From an uncultured Clostridia bacterium (GTDB lineage: Bacteria; Bacillota; Clostridia; TANB77; CAG-508), in NCBI GenBank assembly GCA_947630445.1, contig CANRHQ010000002.1, forward strand, positions 4,233 to 68,232: a DNA stretch of 64,000 nt, in the 5' to 3' direction. The notes under the pieces were generated by a model. That model ran no database searches. It had not been told where the DNA came from and was given only the letters and a program-made list of their open reading frames with translations. Below are positions 21,985-30,487 of this stretch, one piece after another. Numbering within the stretch: the first letter of the stretch is position 1; each line of letters opens with the position of its first letter. The position numbers and the translations under genes were made by a program.

Positions 21985-22200
21985 AGGTGTTTTGCCATCT
22001 CCTTCTCTTTTGTTTTCTGTTACTCCATTTTTACCAATAAAAGCAATGGTTTTTATATTACATTTAGGAAATTCTAATATAGTGTTATTATTTTTTTCTA
22101 AAATTTTAACATATATTTTATTTTCTATGTGTCATTCTCCTTTCAATCCTTTTTTATAGTATAACTTTATATTTTCTTTTAAATCTTCTGCTAATATTTT

Positions 22201-22262
22201 CCTCCTTTATAATATGTCTTCTTCTGAATAATGGCACTTAAACCTACATTATTTTTACTTTT
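22201..22262 (-). repeat. Copy A of a ~35-60-bp junction repeat
   Basis: Minus strand aaaaagtaaaaataatgtaggtttaagtgccattattcagaagaagacatattataaaggagg. It aligns with copy B over about 60 nt and ends in an RBS. Confidence 0.5.
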
Positions 22263-22922
22263 TATTATATTCTTCTCCCACAAAAGTAAAATCTTTTCCT
22301 ATTTCTAATATAAAATCTTTCATATTTGAAATAATTGCTTTTTTTAAATCTTTTTCTGAATACTGATTTGGTAAGTCTAAAAATTCTAAACTATAAGTAT
22401 CTAATATTCTTGTATTTGGATAATCCTCTTCTCCTACTACTTTAACTAAACTTTCATTAGCTTTTCCATCTGATAACATATATCTATGAAAATAACCACT
22501 ATTAATTTGTCTATCCAATTCTCTTTTTGAGTAATTATTTTTTATGCACATTCTTATATAAAATTCTTTTTCTTCTATTGTTTTTGTCATACTTAAAATC
22601 ATTAAATTATTAGTCCAACTAATTTGTGTCACCAGTGGTGACACAATTGGATAATCCTTATATGTTTCATAAAACTGTTTCATCCTATAAATTCCACGTC
22701 TATTAAATCCTTTCATTGTTGGATATTCTCTTTTCATAAACTCTACTAACTTATCTATAATCTTTTCTCCCCAATTAGCATCATTTACTTTTTCACTTAT
22801 ATATTTTCCAAAATCCCAATATAAAGAAATTAATTCTTCATTTACTTTTTTATAAGCATTATTTCTTCTTGTTTCTATCATATTTATGATTTCTTTAAAA
22901 TAAGTTCTAAATCATTACTCAA
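22255..22922 (-). pseudogene. YhcG/DUF1016-family (PD-(D/E)XK nuclease) gene, frameshifted near codon 8 and truncated before the nuclease core
   Basis: VNEELISLYWDFGKYI ... GFNRRGIYRMKQFYETY ... ISWTNNLMIL ... EKEFYIRMC ... YSKRELDRQI match the conserved N-terminal half of the family. It ends at FTFVGEEYNKK* where family members continue with the D-EXK core. The TTG-initiated (M)SNDLEL at 22922 is out of frame with the main ORF through a 1-nt deletion relative to the copy at 24153. Confidence 0.7.
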
Positions 22923-22930
22923 TAATATTA

Positions 22931-22992
22931 TCCTCCTATTTAACTTTTTTCATCTAAATAAGGTACTTAAACCAACATTTTTTTATCTTTTT
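22931..22992 (-). repeat. Copy B of the junction repeat
   Basis: Minus strand aaaaagataaaaaaatgttggtttaagtaccttatttagatgaaaaaagttaaataggagg. Confidence 0.5.
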
Positions 22993-23012
22993 CTATTTGG
23001 TTTTTATATCTT

Positions 23013-23048
23013 TCTTCCTCTGAACAATATACTTAACCCCACAAAATT
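23013..23048 (-). repeat. Copy C (more diverged) of the junction repeat
   Basis: Minus strand tttgtggggttaagtatattgttcagaggaagaaag, directly after the RhuM stop. Confidence 0.4.
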
Positions 23049-24047
23049 TTATTGTAATTTTTTTATATCTTCTCCCATAATTTCAAGATAATCTTTTTCA
23101 GCTTGAGTTAAATGAGCTTTCATATATTTATCATATTCTTTATGTGCCTTTTTTAATGCTTTTTCATGTGAAATTGTTCCTGCTCCATTCAAAATATCTT
23201 TATGCGTCATCGTTAAAAATCCATCTAATTCCTTTGTCCAATCTTTCATTGTCATAGGATGCATATTTAAAGCATTAATTTCAGCAACATCTAAATAAGC
23301 TGATACCATTCTATTTAATAAATCTAGTTCTTTTTCTGTTAAATAATTTTTAGCAACTTCTGTTTCTGCCCTTGTAGGCATGTTCCCTTTAAAATTAGTT
23401 AAACCAATATTTTCTTTTTTGCTATCTACTCTATTAAATATTACTTCTGCTGCTGTGTTTCTGTGTACTGCATAATGCATTTTATTTTGAACGGTTTTGA
23501 AAAATTCTTTTGTTTTTTCATCTTTTGCATCATAATCGATACTTGTTGCATAAATATCTAAAATTTTTCTCCAAAACACTTTTTCAGATGAACGAATATC
23601 TCTAATTTTTTCTAATACTTCTTCAAAATATACTCCTCCACCATTATTTTTAAACCTATCAACATTTAAATTATATCCTTTTATTAAATATTCTCTTATT
23701 AATTTATTTGCCCATATTCTAAATTGAGTACCACGAATTGATTTTACACGATATCCAACTGATATAATTAAATCTAAATTATAGAATTTTGTTTTATAGT
23801 TTTTTCCATCTGAGGCAGTTGTCAAGTTTTCCTTGACAACTGAAGTTTCATCCAATTCTTGTTCTTCCAATATATTTTTTATATGCAAACTTATATTTTG
23901 TTTTGTTGTGTTAAAAAGTTTCGCCATTGCATTTTGAGTCAACCAAACATTTTCATCTTCAAGTCTTACTTCTATCTTAACTTGTCCATCATCAGAAGTA
24001 TAAATTAATATTTTATTATCATCTTGATTTTCTATTTCATTATCCAT
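23049..24047 (-). CDS. RhuM-family (virulence protein RhuM-like) protein
   Basis: 332 aa. VWLTQNAMAKLFNTTKQNISLHIKNI ... YNLDLIISVGYRVKSIRGTQFRIWANKLIREYLIKGY is the characteristic RhuM N-terminal/core pattern. Confidence 0.8.
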   Translation of the reverse strand: MDNEIENQDDNKILIYTSDDGQVKIEVRLEDENVWLTQNAMAKLFNTTKQNISLHIKNILEEQELDETSVVKENLTTASDGKNYKTKFYNLDLIISVGYRVKSIRGTQFRIWANKLIREYLIKGYNLNVDRFKNNGGGVYFEEVLEKIRDIRSSEKVFWRKILDIYATSIDYDAKDEKTKEFFKTVQNKMHYAVHRNTAAEVIFNRVDSKKENIGLTNFKGNMPTRAETEVAKNYLTEKELDLLNRMVSAYLDVAEINALNMHPMTMKDWTKELDGFLTMTHKDILNGAGTISHEKALKKAHKEYDKYMKAHLTQAEKDYLEIMGEDIKKLQ

Positions 24048-24075
24048 TAAATTCCTCCTTTCTTATTACTTTAGC

Positions 24076-24153
24076 TTAATTATAAGCATTGGTTCTTCTA
24101 GTTTCTATCATATTAACGATTTCATTAAAATTTAGTTCTGAATTATTACTCAT
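24076..24153 (-). pseudogene. 25-codon 5' fragment of a second DUF1016 gene
   Basis: MSNNSELNFNEIVNMIETRRTNAYN*. It is nucleotide-similar to 22922-22850 (…NMIETRRNNAYKK…), has its own AGGAG RBS, and stops where the RhuM RBS begins. Confidence 0.6.
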
Positions 24154-24197
24154 TCTTAATCATCTCCTAGTTTTTATAAAATTAGAATATAATATTA

Positions 24198-25598
24198 TTA
24201 AAACTTATCATCAACTATTTCTTTTATTTTTTCAATATTTACTTTAGCTTTGTATAAAACTAAACACATTACTATTTTTTCAACAATAACATACGCTATT
24301 ATATCTATATCTGAAAATAATACTTCGTCTTTCATATTTCCATGAGATATTTTATTTCTTGTATTTTTAAAATTATTTGCTATTTGTTCGTTTAATTCAT
24401 CATCTGAAGAATAATTTATACGATAATTTTCAATCAAATTCTTTTTAGTATTAGTTATACAATCTTTAAATAAATTTAATGTATATTTTATTTGTTCTTT
24501 TAAACTTCCTTCCATCTTCTCTATATCTGATTTAAACCAATGTAATATTTCTTTATTTTGAGTTATCTTTTCCTCCTTAATACTATTGTCTATAAAATCA
24601 ATAACTTTATTTTTTAACCTTTTATAATTTTCATCAGCATCGCTTTTATAATTTGGAAAATTTATATCAAACCATGACTCGAATGCAGAAGATATATTTG
24701 AATATTTGTTTATTGTAATTTTTAATTCTTCATTTTTATTTAAGCTATAATAATTTTTATATGCATCTTTCATATTTACAATTAAATATAAATCTTTGAT
24801 ATTTTCTTCTATTTGTTTATACTGTACACAATTTAATGAGTCTGGCAAATCTAATTTTTCTTCATCTTCAACGTAACAATAAAAGTCAAATGTATATTTA
24901 ATATTTCTAATTATTTCATCATCTTTTATCTTTCCGTTTGAAATTAATTTAATTTCACTAAATTTGATATATTTTCTATTATATAAAAATTTAAACAATC
25001 CACAAACTTTTCTATAATATTCAATTACATCCCCAATATTTTTCTTGTTTTTAAATTTAATCTCTAAATATGATTTTATCATTAAAGGAGTATTAGGGTG
25101 TTTATTGCCTCTTGATATGTTTTTATTAATTCCAAAATAAAACAGGTCTCCTTCAATTTCAATTTCATTATTATCCAATACATTAAAATTTATTTTTATG
25201 TCCTTATTATCGCTAAATTCTGTATTTATAATTTTTTGTGGGTCAAAAAATTTATCTATACATTGACCATAAAAAATCATTGAGTCAAAATTATCAATCT
25301 GTGGTAATGGGCTTATCGCATTTGAATTTCCTATTATATAAGCTGGAACGAAAGCCTTATAAATTCCTCCTGTTTGTTTTACCAATTTCAAATTTATAAA
25401 AGTAATTCTATAACCAGAACTTGTTATTCCTTCTAATACTAGATTATTATCAATAGTTCTCTCTTTCAAAGTTTGAAAAAAAGTGTCCCATATATTATCT
25501 AAAGAATCGTCTGGTATTAATGTTAAAATATTATTCATATAATAAAATCCGTATTTCTTTGACTCATATTCTATTTTTCCTTCAATTATATTTTCCAT
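24198..25598 (-). CDS. Orphan 466-aa protein with C-terminal HEPN-like Rx4H motif (ApeA-like architecture suspected)
   Basis: FKNTRNKISHGNMKDE (R-x4-H) lies about 50 residues from the C-terminus in a predicted helical region. Long N-terminal domain with no motif I recognise. Very AT-rich. No TM or signal peptide. Confidence 0.55.
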   Translation of the reverse strand: MENIIEGKIEYESKKYGFYYMNNILTLIPDDSLDNIWDTFFQTLKERTIDNNLVLEGITSSGYRITFINLKLVKQTGGIYKAFVPAYIIGNSNAISPLPQIDNFDSMIFYGQCIDKFFDPQKIINTEFSDNKDIKINFNVLDNNEIEIEGDLFYFGINKNISRGNKHPNTPLMIKSYLEIKFKNKKNIGDVIEYYRKVCGLFKFLYNRKYIKFSEIKLISNGKIKDDEIIRNIKYTFDFYCYVEDEEKLDLPDSLNCVQYKQIEENIKDLYLIVNMKDAYKNYYSLNKNEELKITINKYSNISSAFESWFDINFPNYKSDADENYKRLKNKVIDFIDNSIKEEKITQNKEILHWFKSDIEKMEGSLKEQIKYTLNLFKDCITNTKKNLIENYRINYSSDDELNEQIANNFKNTRNKISHGNMKDEVLFSDIDIIAYVIVEKIVMCLVLYKAKVNIEKIKEIVDDKF

Positions 25599-25599
25599 T

Positions 25600-25680
25600 C
25601 TATTTCTCCCAAATTAATACTTTTTGTTCTTCGAAAATATTTCTTATATGTAAACTTATATTTTGTTTAATTGTATTAAA
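25600..25680 (-). pseudogene. Fragment of a second RhuM-family gene (equivalent to about codons 45-65)
   Basis: Translates FNTIKQNISLHIRNIFEEQ..., against the intact copy's FNTTKQNISLHIKNILEEQ. About 80% nucleotide identity over roughly 57 nt. Ends in TAG one nucleotide before the HEPN-like gene ATG. Confidence 0.55.
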
Positions 25681-25690
25681 AGTTATGTCA

Positions 25691-26740
25691 TTAAGAATTT
25701 TCTTTCTTTTTTAAATTTTTAGAATAATAATAAATATCAGTACACTTTAAATCTTCATCCCATATTTCTTTATCATAATTATCTATAAAAAAATTCTTAA
25801 TTGTCTTTTCATACCTATCAAATCCCTGTTTTACATAGAATGGTATATTATTTTCTGTTGTTCCAACTAACATTTTTTTATATCTTTGTTTATAATTATC
25901 AGCTAGATATTTTATCATTTTTTTCGCATATCCTTTTCCTCTAAATTCTTCTTTTGTTACTATATTTTTTAATTCTACTGTATCATTATCTAATTTTGTT
26001 ACTACTGCTATGCACGCTACATCATCTTTATATCTTAAGACAAATACTTCTCCATCTATTAAATACTTCTCTATCATCTTTTCACTTGGATCTGCTTCAA
26101 GCAATAAACCTATATATTGATTTTTGTCATTTTTTTCTTTATTAATTATAATATTTCTTTTAACTGGTAAAAACTCAAATCCCTCTGGTAAATTTGGTTT
26201 TGTATTTGTGCGGGTTATAAATATTTGTTCTTCTGAAAAAACACAACCACAATATTTTTGCATATATAAACCTAATTCTCTAGCTTCTTTTTGTCCTTCT
26301 CTAAAACCTGGTCTAAAATCCCTATATAAAAATGTTAAATCATATTTTTTAGCAACTTCTTCTCCTAATTGTTTTAATACTTCATGTTGCTGATATGGGC
26401 TAATTAATAATGTTGTTGAAAAAGTATCATATCCATTTTCTTTTGCAAATTTAGCTGTTTGTTCTAATCTAATTTTATAACAATATTTTGAACATCTATT
26501 TTCTAAATCATTTATAACATTTTTGCAAAATTCTCTTAATCCATAATCTTCTTCAAATATAGCTTGTACCCCTATGCTTTCTGTATATTGTTTTAAAGCA
26601 TCTCTCCTTGCCTTATATTCCATATATGGATGTATGTTAGGATTATACCAATATACTGTTGGTTCAATATCTTCTCCTCTTAAAGATTTTATGCAATACA
26701 CACTACATGGTGCACAACATGTATGTAATAGTAATTTCAT
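25691..26740 (-). CDS. queH: Epoxyqueuosine reductase QueH (DUF208) fused to a C-terminal GNAT acetyltransferase domain
   Basis: MKLLLHTCCAPCSVYC N-terminus and conserved Cys pattern of QueH in residues 1-190. Residues ~200-349 carry the GNAT motif A (EEFRGKGYAKKMIKYL). Confidence 0.85.
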   Translation of the reverse strand: MKLLLHTCCAPCSVYCIKSLRGEDIEPTVYWYNPNIHPYMEYKARRDALKQYTESIGVQAIFEEDYGLREFCKNVINDLENRCSKYCYKIRLEQTAKFAKENGYDTFSTTLLISPYQQHEVLKQLGEEVAKKYDLTFLYRDFRPGFREGQKEARELGLYMQKYCGCVFSEEQIFITRTNTKPNLPEGFEFLPVKRNIIINKEKNDKNQYIGLLLEADPSEKMIEKYLIDGEVFVLRYKDDVACIAVVTKLDNDTVELKNIVTKEEFRGKGYAKKMIKYLADNYKQRYKKMLVGTTENNIPFYVKQGFDRYEKTIKNFFIDNYDKEIWDEDLKCTDIYYYSKNLKKKENS

Positions 26741-26762
26741 TATAACACTCCATTCTTATAAA

Positions 26763-27767
26763 TTATCCTAAATATGGATACCCCAAATGTTCATATGCAC
26801 CTGGTAGTACCACTCTTCCTCTAGGCGTTCTTGAAATAAATCCTATCTGTATTAAATATGGTTCATATACATCTTCTATTGTGTCTACTTCTTCTCCTAA
26901 TGATGTTGCCAATGTATCAATTCCTACAGGTCTTCCTTGGTATTGATTTATCATTAAATCTAACATTTTTCTATCTGTTTCATCTAATCCTAATTCATCT
27001 ATTTCTAATTGATTTAACGCATGTTTTGTTATTTTTAATGTTATTTCTCCATTTCCTAAAACAGAAGCATAATCTCTTACTCTTTTTAACAATCTATTTG
27101 CAATTCTTGGAGTTCCTCTTGCTCTCCTTGCTATTTCAACTGCTGAATCATCATCTATATTTAAGTTTAATATTTTAGCTGATCTTTTAACAATTGTTGA
27201 CAATTCTTCAGAATTATAAAGTTCTAGTTTATGTATAATACCAAATCTATCTCTTAAAGGTGTTGTTAATGAACCAGCTTTAGTTGTTGCACCTATTAAT
27301 GTAAATTTAGGCAAATCTATTCTTATTGATTTAGCACTTGGACCTTTTCCTATTACAATATCTAATGTATAATCTTCTAATGCTGGATATAATATTTCTT
27401 CAACATTTTTGCTTAGCCTATGAATTTCATCTATAAATAAAATGTCATATTGTGATAAGTTCGTTAATATAGCTGCTAAATCCCCTGGCTTTTCAATTGC
27501 TGGTCCTGATGTTATTTTTATATTTGCATTCATTTCATTTGCAATTATATTCGCTATAGTTGTTTTTCCTAATCCAGGAGGTCCATAAAATAAACAATGA
27601 TCTAATGCTTCTTTTCTTTTTTTGGCTGCCTCTATATATATTTTCATATTATCTTTTACTTTTGTTTGACCAATATATTCATCTAATGTTTGTGGTCTTA
27701 ATGAGTTTTCTAATTTTTCTTCTTGTATATCTTCTAATTCTGGTCTTATATTAAAATTCTCTTCCAT
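26763..27767 (-). CDS. ruvB: Holliday junction branch-migration helicase RuvB
   Basis: 334 aa; GPPGLGKTT Walker A; FIDEIHRL; typical RuvB length. Confidence 0.97.
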   Translation of the reverse strand: MEENFNIRPELEDIQEEKLENSLRPQTLDEYIGQTKVKDNMKIYIEAAKKRKEALDHCLFYGPPGLGKTTIANIIANEMNANIKITSGPAIEKPGDLAAILTNLSQYDILFIDEIHRLSKNVEEILYPALEDYTLDIVIGKGPSAKSIRIDLPKFTLIGATTKAGSLTTPLRDRFGIIHKLELYNSEELSTIVKRSAKILNLNIDDDSAVEIARRARGTPRIANRLLKRVRDYASVLGNGEITLKITKHALNQLEIDELGLDETDRKMLDLMINQYQGRPVGIDTLATSLGEEVDTIEDVYEPYLIQIGFISRTPRGRVVLPGAYEHLGYPYLG

Positions 27768-27795
27768 TTTTATGCTCCTTTTAATTTATATTCGG

Positions 27796-27824
27796 ATTAT
27801 ATCAGATATACTCGATGTTTTCAA
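27796..27824 (-). promoter_or_regulatory. Sigma-A promoter of ruvB (extended -10)
   Basis: Minus strand reads TTGAAA (27824-27819), 17 nt, TG-a-TATAAT (27801-27796). Confidence 0.6.
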
Positions 27825-27830
27825 TATAAA

Positions 27831-27852
27831 AGAGTAGAATTTCTTCTACTCT
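27831..27852 (-). terminator. Intrinsic terminator after the M23 peptidase gene
   Basis: 9-bp stem agagtagaa/ttctactct with a 4-nt loop and a T-run on the minus strand. Confidence 0.6.
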
Positions 27853-27860
27853 TTACATAA

Positions 27861-28661
27861 TTATTTCAAATATATTGATGGGTCTAAATATTCTCCATCT
27901 TTTAATAATTCAAAATGTAAGTGGCTTTCCATACTACTTTCAAAAGAGGCTGTGTTTCCAACAGTTCCAATAGTTTGTCCTTGTTCTACTTCCTCTCCTT
28001 CAACTACAAACTCAGCTGTTAATAAATTTGAATATACTGTTTGGTAACCATCATCATGTTCTATTACCACTGTTAACCCATATCTTGGATCATTAACTAT
28101 TGATTTTATAATTCCACTTTCAGCTGATTTTATAACACTCGTTTTATCTGCTTTTATGTCAATAGCTGTATGTGTAATCCATTCTTTCAATGTTTCTGAA
28201 TATATTAGATTATCTTTTGCAAATTCACAAATAATCTCACCTTCTGCTGGTTTTATAAATGTTACTTCTTTTTTTGTTTCAGTTACTGCTGGTGTTTCTG
28301 TATTTTCTTCAGTTGAAATATTTTGTTCAACTGGTGCATTTGTTTGCGTATTTGTATTTATAATTGTATCTGGTTCATCTGTTTCAATGCTTGTAGGATT
28401 TTCTTCTTCTATAATATTACTATTTTCTTGCTCTTCAATTGTTTTTCCTATATCTGTACTTGCATTTTCTGTATTTTCATTTTCAGTTGTCTCATTTTTT
28501 TCTAAAATGTCTCTTGTGTTTTCTCCAATTTCTACTTTTTCTGATGTATTTGTCATCATATACATTATTATTCCTAATGAAACTGCTAAAATTAAAAATA
28601 TAGCCATTCCCATATATATTAATACATTCTCATTTTCAAAAAATTTCTTTCCTCTTTTCAT
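27861..28661 (-). CDS. Membrane-anchored M23/LytM-domain peptidase (SpoIIQ-like position next to spoIID)
   Basis: N-terminal TM, acidic linker, then HTAIDIKA (HxxxD) and SHLHFEL (HxH) Zn-ligand motifs. Confidence 0.8.
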   Translation of the reverse strand: MKRGKKFFENENVLIYMGMAIFLILAVSLGIIMYMMTNTSEKVEIGENTRDILEKNETTENENTENASTDIGKTIEEQENSNIIEEENPTSIETDEPDTIINTNTQTNAPVEQNISTEENTETPAVTETKKEVTFIKPAEGEIICEFAKDNLIYSETLKEWITHTAIDIKADKTSVIKSAESGIIKSIVNDPRYGLTVVIEHDDGYQTVYSNLLTAEFVVEGEEVEQGQTIGTVGNTASFESSMESHLHFELLKDGEYLDPSIYLK

Positions 28662-28721
28662 AAATTCCTCCTTGATTACTTTACTAATACAAGTATTTAC
28701 TTTTTTTCAAAGATTATTCAT

Positions 28722-29747
28722 TTAAAGAGAATTTACTTCAATTATTTCTACATCTGTATAAAAATGTTTTATAATTTCTTCAAAATTTGAACCAGTTTTT
28801 GCAAGTGCATCTGCTCCAGTTTGACTCATTCCTACCCCATGACCATAACCAATTACAGAAAATGTAATACTATCATTATTTATAGTAAAAGTAAAATTTG
28901 TTGATTTTAATCCTAAAAGTGTTCTTGCCTCCGTTCCTGCAATTGTTACATTACCAAATTTAATTGTTTTTATCCTACCACTTGTAGTATATTCTAGTAT
29001 TTGTATACAATTTTCTTGTGTATAATCTATTATACATTCATTATATTTTTCTTTAATTTTACTTAATAATTCTTCTTTTGTATATGTAACTTCTGAGGCA
29101 TATTGTGTGTACCCTTCCTCACCAGCAGTTTCTACTGACTTTAAATATGGATAATCTATTTTTCCCCATATGTTTAAAGAACTTTCTGTTATCCCTCCAC
29201 TATTTGCATGAAAAAACGCATTTATTGGTGAACCATTATATGTTATTATTTTTCCACTTGTTGAATTAACTGCATTTACAATTTTATTCCAATTACTTTC
29301 AGCTTCTTCTGCATTCCATTTTGAAAATCTCTCATCTTTACTTATCCATGCTTGACAACAAGCATAATTATCACATATATCTGCATTCTCATGTTTTGTC
29401 GGATTATTTATTGCTTGATAAATTGTATATGTCCTTGCAACTACAGCTTGTGCTTTTAATGCCTCTTCTTCATAACTAGCTGGCATCTCACCAGAAACTA
29501 CTCCATATAAATATTCATCAATATTCAATTCTTCTATTTGACCTGTTTCTTTATGCAATAGTTTTATCGTTTTATATTTTTCATAATTATATTCAGCTGG
29601 TTGTATTTGTTCTTGATTATTATTGTCTGTTATACTTTGCTCATTTATTGATGTCTCTTGAATATTTTTTTTCGATGTAGTACAAATAGCAGGAATTATA
29701 AAAATCAAAATAATAAAACTTAATGAATAAATTAGAATTTTTCTCAT
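28722..29747 (-). CDS. spoIID: Stage II sporulation protein D (SpoIID/LytB amidase-enhancer domain)
   Basis: EALKAQAVVARTY and FHANSGGITES motifs; signal/TM N-terminus. Confidence 0.9.
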   Translation of the reverse strand: MRKILIYSLSFIILIFIIPAICTTSKKNIQETSINEQSITDNNNQEQIQPAEYNYEKYKTIKLLHKETGQIEELNIDEYLYGVVSGEMPASYEEEALKAQAVVARTYTIYQAINNPTKHENADICDNYACCQAWISKDERFSKWNAEEAESNWNKIVNAVNSTSGKIITYNGSPINAFFHANSGGITESSLNIWGKIDYPYLKSVETAGEEGYTQYASEVTYTKEELLSKIKEKYNECIIDYTQENCIQILEYTTSGRIKTIKFGNVTIAGTEARTLLGLKSTNFTFTINNDSITFSVIGYGHGVGMSQTGADALAKTGSNFEEIIKHFYTDVEIIEVNSL

Positions 29748-29758
29748 ATATAACTCCT

Positions 29759-30487
29759 TTATACTATTAGTTTTCTTCTCATATTATCTAATATTCTTCG
29801 TTCAATTCTTGAAACTTGAACTTGTGTTATTCCTAAAATCTTAGATACTTGCATTTGTGTTTTTTGTTTATAATATCTAAGCATTATTATTTCTTTTTCT
29901 TTATCTTCTAATTCATTTATTAAGTTTTTTATTACTATTTTATTTGTTATTTCAGTTTGTTCATCTCTTCCTGTAGATATTTGTTCTAATATACTAATGG
30001 TCTTATCTGTTTTTGAATCTCTATAATGTGCTTCTTCTATTGAATCTACTGGTTTTGTAGAATCTAGTGCCATTGTAATTTCTTCTTTTGGTACTTTTAG
30101 TTTTCTTGAAATTTCTTCTAACCCTATTTCTTTTCCATATTTATTCATATATTCTTTTTGTAATTCTTTTATTTTGACATTTAATTCTTTTATACTTCTA
30201 CTTATCTTTATTGGTCCATCATCTCTTATATACCTTTTTATTTCTCCTAAAATATATGGCACAGCATATGTTGAAAGTCTTACTTCGAAACTCGTATCAA
30301 ATCTTTGTATTGCTTTTATAAATCCTATACTTCCAATTTGGTATAAATCTTCTATTTCATATCCTCTGCCATTAAATCTTCGAACAATACTCCAAATTAA
30401 TCCATTATTTTCTTCAACTAATTTTGTCATATCTTCTTTACTTCCATTTTGAGCTCTTTCAATAATTTTTAGAACATTGTCATACAC
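29759..30487 (-). CDS. sigF: Sporulation sigma factor F
   Basis: 242 aa; sigma-70 regions 2-4; DDGPIKISRSIKE pattern; third gene of the spoIIA-type operon. Confidence 0.9.
   Translation of the reverse strand: MYDNVLKIIERAQNGSKEDMTKLVEENNGLIWSIVRRFNGRGYEIEDLYQIGSIGFIKAIQRFDTSFEVRLSTYAVPYILGEIKRYIRDDGPIKISRSIKELNVKIKELQKEYMNKYGKEIGLEEISRKLKVPKEEITMALDSTKPVDSIEEAHYRDSKTDKTISILEQISTGRDEQTEITNKIVIKNLINELEDKEKEIIMLRYYKQKTQMQVSKILGITQVQVSRIERRILDNMRRKLIV

Noticed and set aside
22132-22134. The in-frame TGA in the L,D-transpeptidase frame as evidence of an alternative genetic code or selenocysteine.
   Set aside because: Large conserved genes (ileS, polA, uvrA, mutS) are uninterrupted under code 11 and encode Trp with TGG. 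TGA terminates the ORF at 53146. No SECIS-like context is evident. A 1-nt indel next to an out-of-frame ATG explains the observation more simply.
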